Below the pieces are notes generated by a model that was given only the letters and a program-made list of their open reading frames with translations, was not told where the DNA came from and did not search any database. Positions 1 through 34,121 of a stretch of DNA of 64,000 bases are shown here, piece after piece. Each line of letters starts with the position of its first letter. Position 1 is the first letter of the stretch. The stretch is taken from assembly GCF_009914755.1 (NCBI RefSeq), contig NC_060944.1. One strand, 5' to 3'. The translations under genes and the position numbers were made by a program. The stretch is from the human T2T-CHM13v2.0 reference genome, Homo sapiens.

Positions 1-899
1 GGGGGCAGCAAGGGTGTTGGCAGATGAGAGTCTCCCACTCACCATGGTGAGAGTGGTGGGGAGTACCCAGGGCTGACCTGACTCACAAGGGAAGCAGTAA
101 CTGTAGAACCTGCCAGCCTCCCTGGTCCCTGTGCCCATATGGCTTCGGCTGATGAGGGCTCAGACTCTAGGTTGCCCTGAAGATCAAGGCTTTGTCTCCC
201 ATTCTGCCCATTCCTGGGTTTCTTCCCAAAATGACTACTGTGGGGCCAGTCATGGCACAAGGGCCAGGACCTCTAGAGGCTGGGGTGGGGAAGGACTGAG
301 CTAGTGATTCTTAGAGGCCTTCTGGGGCCTAAGAGCTGAAATCTCAGCGCCCGGGTTTCCCTAAAGTTTGCTGAAGACAGCAGCCCCGGCCAGCAGGAGA
401 CCGACCGGGCACCACCCCAAACCAGGCAAACGGTGGCCACAACCCTCATCCACCCACCTGGTATGAGGTCACTGAGTGGGGAAACAGACAGGAGCGGGTG
501 GCCACCATACTGACAGACCCGGGGCTCTCCCTTGCCCAAGCTTCAGGTTCAAAGGCTGAAAATAACAGTGGCTTCCAGTTTGGAAGTGGCCAAAGGACAA
601 TCATGACCAGAGACTCAGGAGTATGACTGTAATACCCTCACTAGGTATTGACATGCACTAAGCACCTTGATATAGGATTTCACTTCCTTCTGAGTCTTGG
701 GCTGTATGTGCTATTATTCGCTCCGCTGTGCAGATGAGGGAATTGAGGCAGCTTGCCCATGGACATCGATTTGACCTTAGCCAAGCCAAACAATTCCAGG
801 TTCCTAAGGACCGCAGCTCCTCCCCAGACCCCTGGGACCAAGTCACTGGCTGGTGTGCTGGGCATCCCTGAGCCCCAGCCACCCAATTTTACTGGCTCC

Positions 900-1400
900 A
901 GGGTTCTATAGGAAGGAAAAGGGGTAGAAAATTTCAAAAGGCTTCTTCCTTTCAGGGAGGGGGGTTCCCTTTCAGGGGCTTCTGGAATCTCTACCCACTC
1001 CAGCCAACTCTGAGGCCATGTGGTCCTGGAACAAGGCCCCTCTGAGGCAGATGGGGCAGGCGGCCCAGGCACATAGCATGGTTGGCTCTGCGGCCCAGGG
1101 CGCACAAAGGCCTTATTGAGTCACCACCAGCCCCCGGCAGAGGCTGAGGTGGCAGTGGCGCCGAGCGCCTGCCACCTAATGACTGTCCTGGTCCAGCCAG
1201 ATGTTCCACAGACCTCCGGAGCAGCGGACTAGGGCCCGCCCGGCCAGCCGGCACCGCAGAGGCCACTGTAATTCCAATTAACCAGCTTCAGCTGAGCAAA
1301 CAGCGGGCAGTGGTGGCCCAGCCCAGGCGGTAGGCCTGGCCCGCAGAGCCTGCGAGTCTAGACTCCAGATGTGAACCGCCACCATCAGAGTCCCATGGAA
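900..1400. promoter_or_regulatory. Motif-dense non-repeat enhancer candidate
   Basis: CAGATG x3, AP-1 TGAGTCA, TGGCGCC, palindromic GTCTAGAC, TAATT/ATTAA homeodomain cores, ACAAAG. Confidence 0.6.
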
Positions 1401-1683
1401 AAATGGCACCAGGCCGGGCAAGGATTGGGCCTGCATGCTGGGGAGGGGGTGTGGGTGGTTGGGCAGGGCCCCGAGTGGGCTAGATGCCAGCCTCACCTGG
1501 TTTGGGGTGGATTATTAGGAAACTGCTCTAGAACCCAAGTTCTACCCTGCTTTATTAGATTCTGTTTCTGTGCCTCAGTCTCCCATGACTGCGACAAGAG
1601 AGAGGGTTCCAAGGGGAAAACCAGCCCTGCTGAGACCCCAGTGTGCACTGACTGTATTTCACGTGACTAGCATTATGCTAGTG

Positions 1684-2542
1684 CAACTGACCCTTGAACA
1701 ACACAGGGATTAGGGGCACCAACCCATCATGGTCGAAAATCTGTATAACTTTTCAGTCCCGCAAAACAACTAATAGTCTGCTGTTGACCAGAAGCCTTAC
1801 CTGATAACATAAACAGTCAAAACATCTTGTATGTTATACGTACTACACTGTCTACCATAGAGTAAGCTAGAGAAAATGTAATTAAGAAAATCCTAAGAGC
1901 CAGGCATGGTGGCTCATGCCTGTAATCCCAGCATTTTGGGAGGCCAAGATGGGCAGATCAGGAGGTCAGGAGATCGAGACCATCCTGGCTAACATGGTGA
2001 AACCCCCGTTTCTACTAAAAATACAAAAAATTAGCCGGGCATGATGGCAGGCGCCTGTAGTCTCAGCTACTCGGGAGGCTGAGGCAGGAGAATGGCCTGA
2101 ACCCGGGAGGCAGAGCTTGCAGTAAGCCGAGAGAGGCAGGCGGATCACAAAGTCAGGAGTTCGAGACCAGCCTGGCCAATATGGTGAAACCCCGACTCTA
2201 CTAAAAATACAAAAATTAGCCTGGCATGGTGGCAGGCGACTGTAGTCCCAGCTACTCAGGAGGCTGAGGTGGGAGAATCACTTGAACCCAAGAGGCGGAG
2301 GTTGCAGTGAGCCAAGATTGCACCACCGCACTCCAGCCTGGGGGACAGAGTGAGACTCCGTCTCAAAAAAAAAAAAATTATTCAGTGAAAGTGGATCATC
2401 ATAAATAAAGATCTTCATCCTGGTCTCTGTGTTGAGGAAGAGGAGGGGGTTGGTCTTGGTGTCTCAGGGGTGGCAGAGGTAGAAAAAAAGTCCACGTTTA
2501 AGTGCACCTGCACAATTGAAACCCGTGTTCAAGTTTCAAATG
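1684..2542. mobile_element. Tigger2-type (TcMar) DNA transposon remnant interrupted by Alus (1898-2376)
   Basis: Decayed TIRs CAACTGACCCTTGAACAACAC and GTGTTCAAGTTTCAAATG followed by TA; internal sequence resembles Tigger2a. Confidence 0.7.
1898..2376 (+). repeat. Two fused Alus
   Basis: Alu consensus; junction near 2130. Confidence 0.9.
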
Positions 2543-3149
2543 TATCTTAAGATTTACTTAATCGTTGTAACAACACTTTGAGGTACCTACATCATTCTTA
2601 CGATGGGGAAACTGAGGCAGAGACCGTAAGGGCGGGCCCAGGGGGCATGTGAACCCAGAGTGTCTGGCTTCCAAGACTCGTATTCACCGTGGTGCCGTTT
2701 GACATGATCAGGATAATGGATCCCTGGTTCCTTTTGGGGGCAGCATTGGAGAAGGGGGTTTGGCACCGTCAGTCTGACAGCAGGGCTGGCTCCTGCAGTG
2801 TGAATGAAGCGGTCTTGTGCTCGACTGTGAAGGGGGGTTAGGACCTGCTTCCCAGGGCGGGTCCAGCTTTCTGAGGGAAAGCCTTCAGAGCCTCCATCAG
2901 GCCGGCACCAGGTACCAGTTAAGCACTGGGCAGGGAACAGAAGTGGTCAAACGCCGCTTGCCGCGACTTGAAACTGCTGAATAAATGGATAATGTCAAGC
3001 GCTATGGCTTAGGGCAGTAGTACCTCCGGTTCCTACGATCGTGTCTGGGGTCCCTGAGGAGCAAGGCAAGAGTCGGCCATTCAGGAGGTCAGAGTTCAGC
3101 TGTTCTTGCACAAGCAGGGAAGCTGAGTCACCCCAAACACGGGCAAGAC

Positions 3150-3640
3150 TAGCGGTGGTATCAAATGGCTATCAGGGGCGGGGCCTCAGGGGCCTGCCCC
3201 TGCCTCCCCGCCCTGCGTTTGGATTCCCTCCAGCATTCCGGGCCAGGGCGCGGGAGGCGGAGGCCGAGGAGAGGACGGGAGGAGGCTGCATCCTGCCCTG
3301 GTGCGTCAGGAAGGGCCGAGCGAGCGGGAAGGAAAGCACCACCCCCCACCCCCGCCGCGGCCACACCTGGGTTCTCCAGGCGGGCAGGGGGGCCCCCGGG
3401 CCGGCGCCTGGCTCCAGCAAGTCTGGGCCGCCTCCCCGCGCCGCCCCGCGGGGGCCGCCAGATGGGCTGCCCGCCCGCCAGCTCAGCGACGCAGGCAGGA
3501 AACGCCGGCCGGGCTGCCAGGAACGCGCGCAGGGGAGGGGGCGGGCCCGGCCGGGCCACGCCCGCCGGAGGGGAAGGAGGGGCCAAGCACCGCCCGGCGG
3601 GGACTGGTGAGCTCCAAGAGCCTGCGATCCCGGTCCCTGC
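3150..3640. promoter_or_regulatory. CpG island; probable promoter of the minus-strand HM13 antisense lncRNA and/or distal ID1 enhancer
   Basis: Very high GC/CpG, GC boxes, TGAGTCA 3124-3130, GGCGCC 3403-3408, CAGATG 3459-3464. The lncRNA assignment is recalled locus knowledge, not visible in the sequence. Confidence 0.65.
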
Positions 3641-3744
3641 CTTTACTAGATGGGTTTCCTTGGGTAGGTCGTTTTACTTCTCTGTGCCTCACTTTCCCTA
3701 CCTGTAAAGCGGGGCTGCCTGTCTCCGCTCTTTTTCCCTTTTCT

Positions 3745-5077
<1,333 letters not shown>

Positions 5078-5098
5078 CATTTTGTATTTTTAAAACTT

Positions 5099-6880
<1,782 letters not shown>

Positions 6881-7251
6881 TTAGATGTAAAAAACATTGA
6901 AAATAAAACAGCACATTTGGCCACCCATAGATTACTTTCAGATTTTTTTCTATGCTTTTTTTTTTTAACCCAAATCAGATCTAAATGAAGTATTTTTTCC
7001 ATAGTTAACTTTCTTCCCATTTCAGTCAGTTGCCATTTCATCTCACACCCAGACAGCATCCAACCTTTGTCATTTTAAGGCAGACAGGTGTGACAAACAA
7101 GGCTATCTTCATGTGAAGGCAGACCCCTGCAGAGAATGCCTGGTGGAGTCTTTGATGGGCCCTCCCTACTGCCTTCCCAAAACCATGGGTCCCAGCTCTG
7201 TGCCCCCTGGGATCAGCCCAGTTGGGGGTACCCAGCGAAGGTGCTGCTTCA

Positions 7252-7349
7252 AGACCCCCATGGGCCTGTCCACCTCAGACAGGTGCTTTCCTTTGCTGCC
7301 AGACCCCCATGGGCCTGCCCACCTCAGACAGATGCTTTCCTTTGCTGCC
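7252..7349 (+). repeat. 49-bp tandem duplication (2 copies, 2 mismatches)
   Basis: AGACCCCCATGGGCCTG(T/C)CCACCTCAGACAG(G/A)TGCTTTCCTTTGCTGCC x2. Confidence 0.95.
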
Positions 7350-7650
7350 GGAAGCTGGCCACCCACCCCCTCTCAGGCTACCCCAGGTCCCAGCTGGGCT
7401 CTGAAGTGCGGGAGGGGAGGTGGAGGCACTGGTAACACTCAGATGCAGAGGTGGTGAGGGAAAACCCAGGGTACTGAGTCTGGAAAACAGATTTCTTAGG
7501 TGTGGACTTTGGGGGAGAAGCTGAGCCTCTTTCTGCCTGACCGGGATCCTTTCTTCTTGACAGGTTCTCTATGCAACTATGCGTGCATGTTGCGGGGACG
7601 GGGTAGGTGTTTGACTGACAGTGTCTGCTCCTGTGAGAATCTATTCTGAT

Positions 7651-9478
<1,828 letters not shown>

Positions 9479-9799
9479 CTATGCTAATGTTTGGGTTTCT
9501 ACAAGTTGTGGGTAATGGTAAAGTTGAAATCTTACGTGGACCAGTGCTGTAGATGGGTTTCTATATGGTTGTGATTGTGAATGCATGATTGTGTGTTTGT
9601 GTCTAAGTATGTTTAGGAGTATGTGTTTCTGAGAACATTTGTGAGCAAGTGCCTGCATTGGTGGGTGGGTGTGTGTAATTGGTGTGTGGGTATAAGAGAG
9701 ACAGATCATGTGGAAGTGTTTGGGTTGATAAAAGGGCTTTTGCAAGGGCATTGCCTGTGCGAGTTTGTGAATGTGTGCTGTCCCATCTGCTTGCTTGCT

Positions 9800-10757
<958 letters not shown>

Positions 10758-11319
10758 AGTCTGTTTCTACAGCGGCCTCTCTGCGGCTTCCTCTCTTCTG
10801 GCCTCATGGAGAAACCCCAGAAAGAGCATAGACTCTGGAATTAGAGAAACAGGGTTTGGAATTCTGTGCCATTCTCTCCCTGTGTGGTTTGGCCAACTGA
10901 TTCAAAGGCTGTTTCCTCATTTGTAAAATGGAGATATATAGTCAGTGGTCCTTGTTATTATCTCCCTGCTACCTGCCCCCTTCCCAAACACCAGCCAGTC
11001 TTCTCTGCTCTGGCCAAATTGATAATAGCTTTTGTTTTTCAAGCCTAAAACCAGCTTCTTCCAATTTGCTCAGCAGCTATTTGCTAATCATCCAGAGTGA
11101 CCTAGGACGTATTTACATGAGCGGAAGAGCCACTCGGGGAGAGTGCTGCTGGGAATGCCTCCACAGAGATGCTGATTGTACGCATGCTGCGTAAGCCTCA
11201 GATTTTTCTGTTCAGGCCCAAATGCGCAGCACAATCTGTGGGAAAGTTGCAACAGAGAAAGCAAAAAAAAAACAAAAAGCAAAAAACGAGTTTTTACTTC
11301 CTTAATAAAATTGGTTTTG

Positions 11320-11431
11320 GTGCTCACTTTGGCAGCACATATACTAAAATTGGAACTAGACAGAGATTGGCATTGCCCCCGAGCAAGAATGACACGCAAA
11401 TTCGTGAAGCCTTCAATAAAAAATAAAATAA
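11320..11431 (+). pseudogene. Processed U6 snRNA pseudogene with A-rich tail
   Basis: GTGCTCACTTTGGCAGCACATATACTAAAATTGGAAC...GACACGCAAATTCGTGAAGC is near full-length U6 with substitutions and a 3-nt deletion after ACAGAGA; an A-rich tail replaces the terminal T-run. Confidence 0.95.
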
Positions 11432-12048
11432 TTTTGTTTTCCCAATCTGTGTCTCTTTTAAGCCCCACAGGATAGAAATGTCCTAAAATAAGAAATTAAA
11501 TAAGAGGGGAAGCCCCATGATCTGTTCTGGTTTTTTTGGGTGGTGGTGGTGGTGGTGTTTTTTAATGGGTCTCTCAGGATTCCACCAGACCCACTTCCCA
11601 GCCGCTGTGTGGTCTGGGCCTGAGAACACCAAGCCCCCCGACCTGCGGCCCACGCCCACCCACCACCCAGCCTCGGCAGTGCTTTCCCAGGATTCACATG
11701 GTAATGAAGGCATCCATCTTCTCCCAGACACACACTGGGCCCTGCGACCCTCCCAGGGCCCACACAATGGCCCACAGCGCCGCGGCCCCACCACCTGTTG
11801 GATTTTCCCAGGGAAGGGAGTGAGGGGGTGGAGGGGAAGGGCAGTCCGTCTCTTCCCAGCCCCCAGCCCCATTTGCACCCTGGTCGCAAGAGTCAGTCAG
11901 CGAGGGCACCCATGTCCTCGGACTCTCAGTCCATCCTCAGCACCCTGTTTCCTCATCCTCAAACTGCAAGGTGGTTGGGAGGATTCTAATGGGAATGGTA
12001 GTAAGGACACGCTCAGGAACTGTGGATTGCCAGACAAAGAGAGCAAAA

Positions 12049-15726
<3,678 letters not shown>

Positions 15727-15821
15727 TGAGATCACAGATATTGCACTTACTGTGTTGTCCCCCACAGAATAAAAACCGCACAAGACTGAGACTTCTGTTG
15801 ATTCTGTTCACTATATACAAG

Positions 15822-16717
<896 letters not shown>

Positions 16718-16921
16718 CCAGTCATAATAGATTAGTACAACAACAATATTCTGCTCACTGTAATATGCCAGCGCTGGCCCACAGCCTGGCAAGCAAGAGA
16801 TGCTCCACAGCTTCCAGAATCCTGGACTCCAGCCCCAGCCCTGCCTGGTACTCGCTGCCACCGTGGACAAGTTACTTATCACTCAGGAGCTCCCTGTTCA
16901 TAGTCCCTCACCTGAAAGGGA

Positions 16922-17525
<604 letters not shown>

Positions 17526-17879
17526 GGATTGATTTTTTTTTTTTTTTTAACTTTTTCATTCTGTCTCGGCTGCTTAAATCAGAATAGAGACGACCTTCAG
17601 CACAGAGTGGCTGTAAGAATTAAATAAGATAATGCTTTAAAGCGCTGGTAAGAGCTTTATAAGTATCAGCGAACACTGCTGCCACTATGCTCATGGTGGT
17701 GTGGCAGACAGCGGGGTGCAGAAGAAGAGGGGTGGGGGGAAGGCGGTCACATAGGGCAGGGGGGTTCAGACCAGATTCCTGAGATGTCATTTTTAGTACT
17801 CTCCAGCAAGAAGGTGGGACGGCTGGTGTGGTGGAGGAGGCTAGAGGTACAAGCTTCACCTGAGATGTCCTTAGACCCT

Positions 17880-18500
17880 GACCTCAGCTCCCACCGTCCT
17901 AGTGGTGCCGGGCGGCGGCCACGCCAGCCGCACCTTCCCCCGGCCAGCCCAGAGCTGCCGCTGGGGAAGGGCGGAGGGAAGGCAAGCTGGTTTTTCCCAG
18001 GCTCCCCCCGCTCCTGGAACATCTGGCCGCGAACATCTGCCCTTCGCTTTTGTGGCGCGGCCGCAGGCCGGCCTCGCACCCATCTGCCGCCTCACCGGCC
18101 CCCGCCCCATCTGCGCGCCGCTCCCCTGGGGCGGTTCCTGGCGCCCTCGCCCCCGCCCGCCGGGCCTGGTTCCCACGGGCCGAGTGCGGGAAGCCGGGGC
18201 GGCCCATCTGCCGCGAGCGGCTGCCAGGCGCGGCGAGTCCAGCGCCGAGGCGTCCCCAAAGGGCGGGACCGGCGCCCAGCAATGTCTTTCAGGCGGGTGC
18301 GCCCCCGAACAAAGTCGGGGTGCACGGCCTCTCCCCGCGCGGCTGGACCCAAAGTCGCTGCCCGGGGCTGCTGGGTCCAAGAGCGGCCGCCGCCCCTCCT
18401 GCTTCTCCCCAGAAGGGCCCGCGTGCCCCCGCTGTCCGCCGCCCAACACCCGCTCTTCCTCCTGCACCGAACACTTCGGGCTCACTGACGCGCCGTCTCC
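17880..18500. promoter_or_regulatory. Orphan CpG island with E-box array
   Basis: Repeat-free, CpG-dense; five CATCTG, TTCCCACG, two GGCGCC; no credible CDS. Confidence 0.8.
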
Positions 18501-18709
18501 ATCCTAAGCCCCAAACCTTCAAAGTGCAGGAGACAACTGTCACGTCACCCTGCAAAAAATGCTAACGTCTGATAATATAAAATGCTGGTGTGGACGTGGG
18601 AAAATAGAAACTCCCAACTGCGTTGGCCCCTCAGCCTGGAATACCCCTTGTCCTCATTGCCTGCTTAACTCTTGATTTTGTGAAATATAAAAAGTACCGA
18701 GAAATATAG

Positions 18710-18976
<267 letters not shown>

Positions 18977-19143
18977 TAGTCCTCCCCAGTAGCTGGGACT
19001 ACAAGCGCATGCCACCACACCCAGCTAATTTTTGTATTTTTAGTAGAGACGGAGTTTCACCATGTTGTCCAGGATGGTTTCAATCTCTTGACCTCATGAT
19101 CCGCCCGCCTCAGCCTCCCATAAAGCTGGGATTACAGGCATGA

Positions 19144-19474
<331 letters not shown>

Positions 19475-19559
19475 TAACCAGGGCCCTCTTCCCTTTTCTC
19501 TAAGACTATTTGCCACCCCACCCACCATGCAATCCCCCAATTACTATTAATATAATGAC

Positions 19560-20520
<961 letters not shown>

Positions 20521-20556
20521 AATTTTTTTCTTTTTGAAGACAGGCCTTTATTTTAA

Positions 20557-21328
<772 letters not shown>

Positions 21329-21874
21329 TGACTGGCAGCTTCCCATAACCTCGCGTGCTTTCCCATCACAGCACTGGGAACTTGAGGGGTGACTGTCTCA
21401 TTATGGTCTGTCTTCCCCAGCGGACTGTGAGCTCCCCAGGAAGAGGTCACATTTGCAGGGCCATTGAACAGGCTGAAAGGAACACAAAGTTGCTACAAAT
21501 AGTACTTTTGTGGAAGGCTCCATCTACTTGAAGTAAGGAGTTCCTTTCTCTAATTCCTACAAAGTACGCCCTTGGGATGGCAGTAGCTCACCTACCCACC
21601 ACACCTCTGTGTCCTCAGCATCTGGATACAGCAGCAAGGAAGCACCACATGGCTGGTGGTGTTTATTCCCATTTGGGTACCCTCAACTAAATGTAGCTCT
21701 GAAGAGCATGAGCCTAGGTCATGTTCTTTCCATGCTTTGCCTAGCACAAAGCAAGTGTACAATAACCATTTATTATTTAATGATTCTAAAGCTCTGTATT
21801 TCAGTGGTGGAGGATATACCCAATTAGAGGTATTATAGTCACTGTAATAATAACTAGTGCCTACTGAATGCTGA

Positions 21875-22180
<306 letters not shown>

Positions 22181-22563
22181 TGAGCTACTGCCCCGGCCCC
22201 AGCTTTAACAAAATTTTTTTTTGTAGAGATAGGGTCTTGCTGTGTTGCCCAGGCTGGTCTTGAACTCCTGGCCTCAAGTGATCCTCCTGCCTTGGCTTCC
22301 CAAAGTGCTGGGATTACAGGTGTGAGCCACCTCACCCAGCCCCTCTTTTTTTTTTTTTTAATACGGTCTCCCTCTGTTGCCCAGGCAGGAGTGCAATGGC
22401 AAGATCGGGGTTCACTGCGGCGTCAACTCCTGGACTTAAGCAATCTTCCCATCTCAACCTCCCCAGTAGCTAGCACTACAGGCATGTGCCACCAGGCCCA
22501 GCTGATATTTTTTTTTAATTTTTTTTTTTTTTTTCTGAGACAGAGTCTCACTCTGTCGCCTAG

Positions 22564-22698
<135 letters not shown>

Positions 22699-23135
22699 TA
22701 GTAGAGAGAGGGTTTCACCGTGTTAGCCAGGATGGTCTCGATCTCCTGACCTCGTGATCCACCCGTCACGGCCTCCCAAAGTGCTGGGATTACAGACGTG
22801 AGCCACCGCGCCGGGCCTTAATTTTTAATTTTTATTATTAATTTATTTATGGAGAGGTCTTGCTATGTTGCCCACGCTGGTCTTGAATTCCCGGCCTCAA
22901 GTCATCCTCCCACCTCAGCCTCTTCAAGTGTTGGTATTACAGGCATTAGCCACCGCGCCCAGACTTAAATCACATAAACTCTTTTTTTTTGAGACCAAGT
23001 CTTGCTCTGTCGCCCAGGCTGGAGTGCCGTGGCACGATCTCGGTTTACTGTAACCTCCACCTTCCTGGTTCAAGCGATTATTTTGCCTCAGCCTCCTGAG
23101 TAGCTGGGACTACAGGCGCGAACCACCACGCCTAG

Positions 23136-23345
<210 letters not shown>

Positions 23346-23717
23346 TAGCCAGGATGGTCTTGATCTCCTGACGTCGTGATCCGCCCGCCTCGGCCTCCCA
23401 AAGTGCTGGGATTACAGGCATGAGCCACTGCACCCGGCCTTTTTTTGTATTTTCAGTAGAGACAGAGTTTCACCATGTTGGCCAGGCTGGTCTTGAACTC
23501 CTGAACTCAAAGCCTGCCTTGGCCTCCCAAAATGCTGGGATCACAGGCATGAGTCACCGCACCTGGCCTATAGCTTCCTTTTAAACAGCACATCGTTGCT
23601 TTTGCATCAGCCAGAAAAAAAAAATACTTTTTAGAAGAAAACGTACATTATCATGAGTCATAGTATTTGAGGAGTACAGCTCTGAAGCGGCCTGAGGTGA
23701 GGGTGCAGCTGGAGGCG

Positions 23718-23731
23718 CCGCCCCCTGGTGA
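23718..23731 (-). promoter_or_regulatory. CTCF motif
   Basis: Minus strand TCACCAGGGGGCGG versus core consensus CCACCAGGGGGCGC. Confidence 0.65.
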
Positions 23732-24243
23732 CTGGGTACTCAGGGTTGGGTTGAGCCAGGAGGGTGGTGGTTGCCTCAGGCTCTGTGAGGTGGGCAGGGA
23801 GCTGGGCAGGGAGCTGGGCGGGGTCCTGAGACATTCAACCTCAGCTGGTTCCTGGGTTCCGGGCCCTGGAGCAGTGAGGGAAGCCAGTTATATGGGAGGC
23901 AGGTGAGTCAAAGGAGGGTCAGGCTGGGTGCCAGAGAGGAGGGCCACTGCTTCTGTGAGGGGGCCTCTGGGGCCTTCCGTCCATCACCCAGTGGGCATAT
24001 GGGGACACCACCGAGGCCCAGAGACCTCTTGCCCAGTCTCCCCACTCTCACCTCAGAGGTCCTTGCAGCTAGGGGCAGTGGCCTCTGCTGAGCTTTGCCC
24101 AGGGTGTAGCCAGTTGGCCTCAGGGCACTCCTGACTGGTGGCATGAGCCTCCCAGGCTGCCAGGGTCAGGTCAGCTCCCACGCCTCCACCCTGGGCAGGG
24201 CCCAGGCCTGCATTCATGGGTGCAAGAGGAGAGAGAGGCCTGA

Positions 24244-24522
<279 letters not shown>

Positions 24523-24599
24523 TAATCTGCCTGCCTTGGCCTCCCAAAGTGCCGGGATTACAGGCGTGAGCCACCGCACCTGGCCTTTCTGCAGGATTC

Positions 24600-25210
24600 T
24601 GAATTGTGTATGTGTGGAGAGTAAGGGGACTGTGTGCTCTAGAAGGGCTGTGGTGGGAGGTCTCTGGCCTGGTGCAGGTGGGTGTTGGTTGGGTCTGTGC
24701 ACTGTGGGAGTGGGTGCCTGCAGGAAGCCAGTTTATCCTTTTGCAGGCAGTGGACTTCTCTAAGGCTGCGGGCATGTGTGTTGGCATCTTGGAGTCCCAG
24801 GTGTTTTGGCGTGAGTAATACTGTATAGATGTAAGTGTGTGTAGTGTTTGCAATGTTGTAGTGTGGGTGCATGTGTCTGTGTGTCCTGTTTGTTGAGAGG
24901 ATTCATTGCATGTGGTTCTGTTAGGAGTGATAATGGGGTGTTTTGAGACATTTCCTCCTTGGTCTCTATTTTTTGGTGTGTTGGTTATGCAGATTTGGTG
25001 TTTCGGTAGTGTGCGCGGAGGTCAGTGTGTTGGTTGTATATTATGGTGTACTGTTGTGCGTTGTGCATTTGGCAGGTTGTGTCTATTGGTGTGTGGCTGT
25101 TGGGTTTGTCTGTTGTGTCAGTCGTACATATAAATGCCACGTTGGGCGTGTGGGTGTGTGCATTTGTATATTGCTCTGTGGGTGTGCGAAGCAGTGTGTT
25201 TGTGTAACCC
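24600..25210. repeat. GT-rich low-complexity tract (decayed TG repeat)
   Basis: Strong G/T skew with many TGTG motifs; similar tracts at ~9480-9780 and ~37520-37870. Confidence 0.7.
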
Positions 25211-25849
25211 TGCAGGTTTGGCCTATGCTGAGTAACCTAAGATGGGAGCTCCCTGAGCCTTGGCTCTGCCCTTGCCTTTGGCTGCTGGAGACCCTGGGCA
25301 GCAATGGCCCTTTGTCCAGCCACAGGAAAACCCCACCCCCCTCCATCGGCAGGGGACTTGGGAGGGGCCCAGACTGGTAGGCTCCAGCCTCCCGTCCATT
25401 GTTCTGGGGCCTCTCTGGAAAACAGGATGGGAGGTGAAAGGTGGACACAGGCCTGGACCCCCACACTCCCTGAAACAACCCAGGGGCACAGCACAGAATC
25501 CTTAGGAGGGAGGGCCTGGGGACAGTCCCCATTTTGTGGATGAGAAAACTGAGGGGTTTCATTCCTATTAAAAGGGAGAGAGCCTGAAGCCCCACACCCT
25601 TTATGTGCCCACCCACAGCCTCCTGCCGGGTTTGGGGGATGGAAAAATGACACCCCAGAATGGAAACAAAACGGTCTATTGTGGTTTCCATTTCTGAATG
25701 CTTACCATGTGCTAAGTGCAGAAGTGTCATAACTCTGCAGGTTAAGTTCATATTTTGTACCCATTTTGCACAGGAGTACACTGAACCATAAGGCAACAAT
25801 TTATTCTTCAAAGGACACTACTCTAAACATTACTGTATTTCAAGTAGTA

Positions 25850-34121
<8,272 letters not shown>

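Noticed and set aside
17784-18565. ORFs of 171-234 aa over the orphan CpG island
   Set aside because: Open in most frames on both strands, as expected from GC content; no protein-family features.
18595-18602. Second perfect RBPJ site CGTGGGAA
   Set aside because: Sits in what looks like a decayed L1 fragment; not counted as support for the island.
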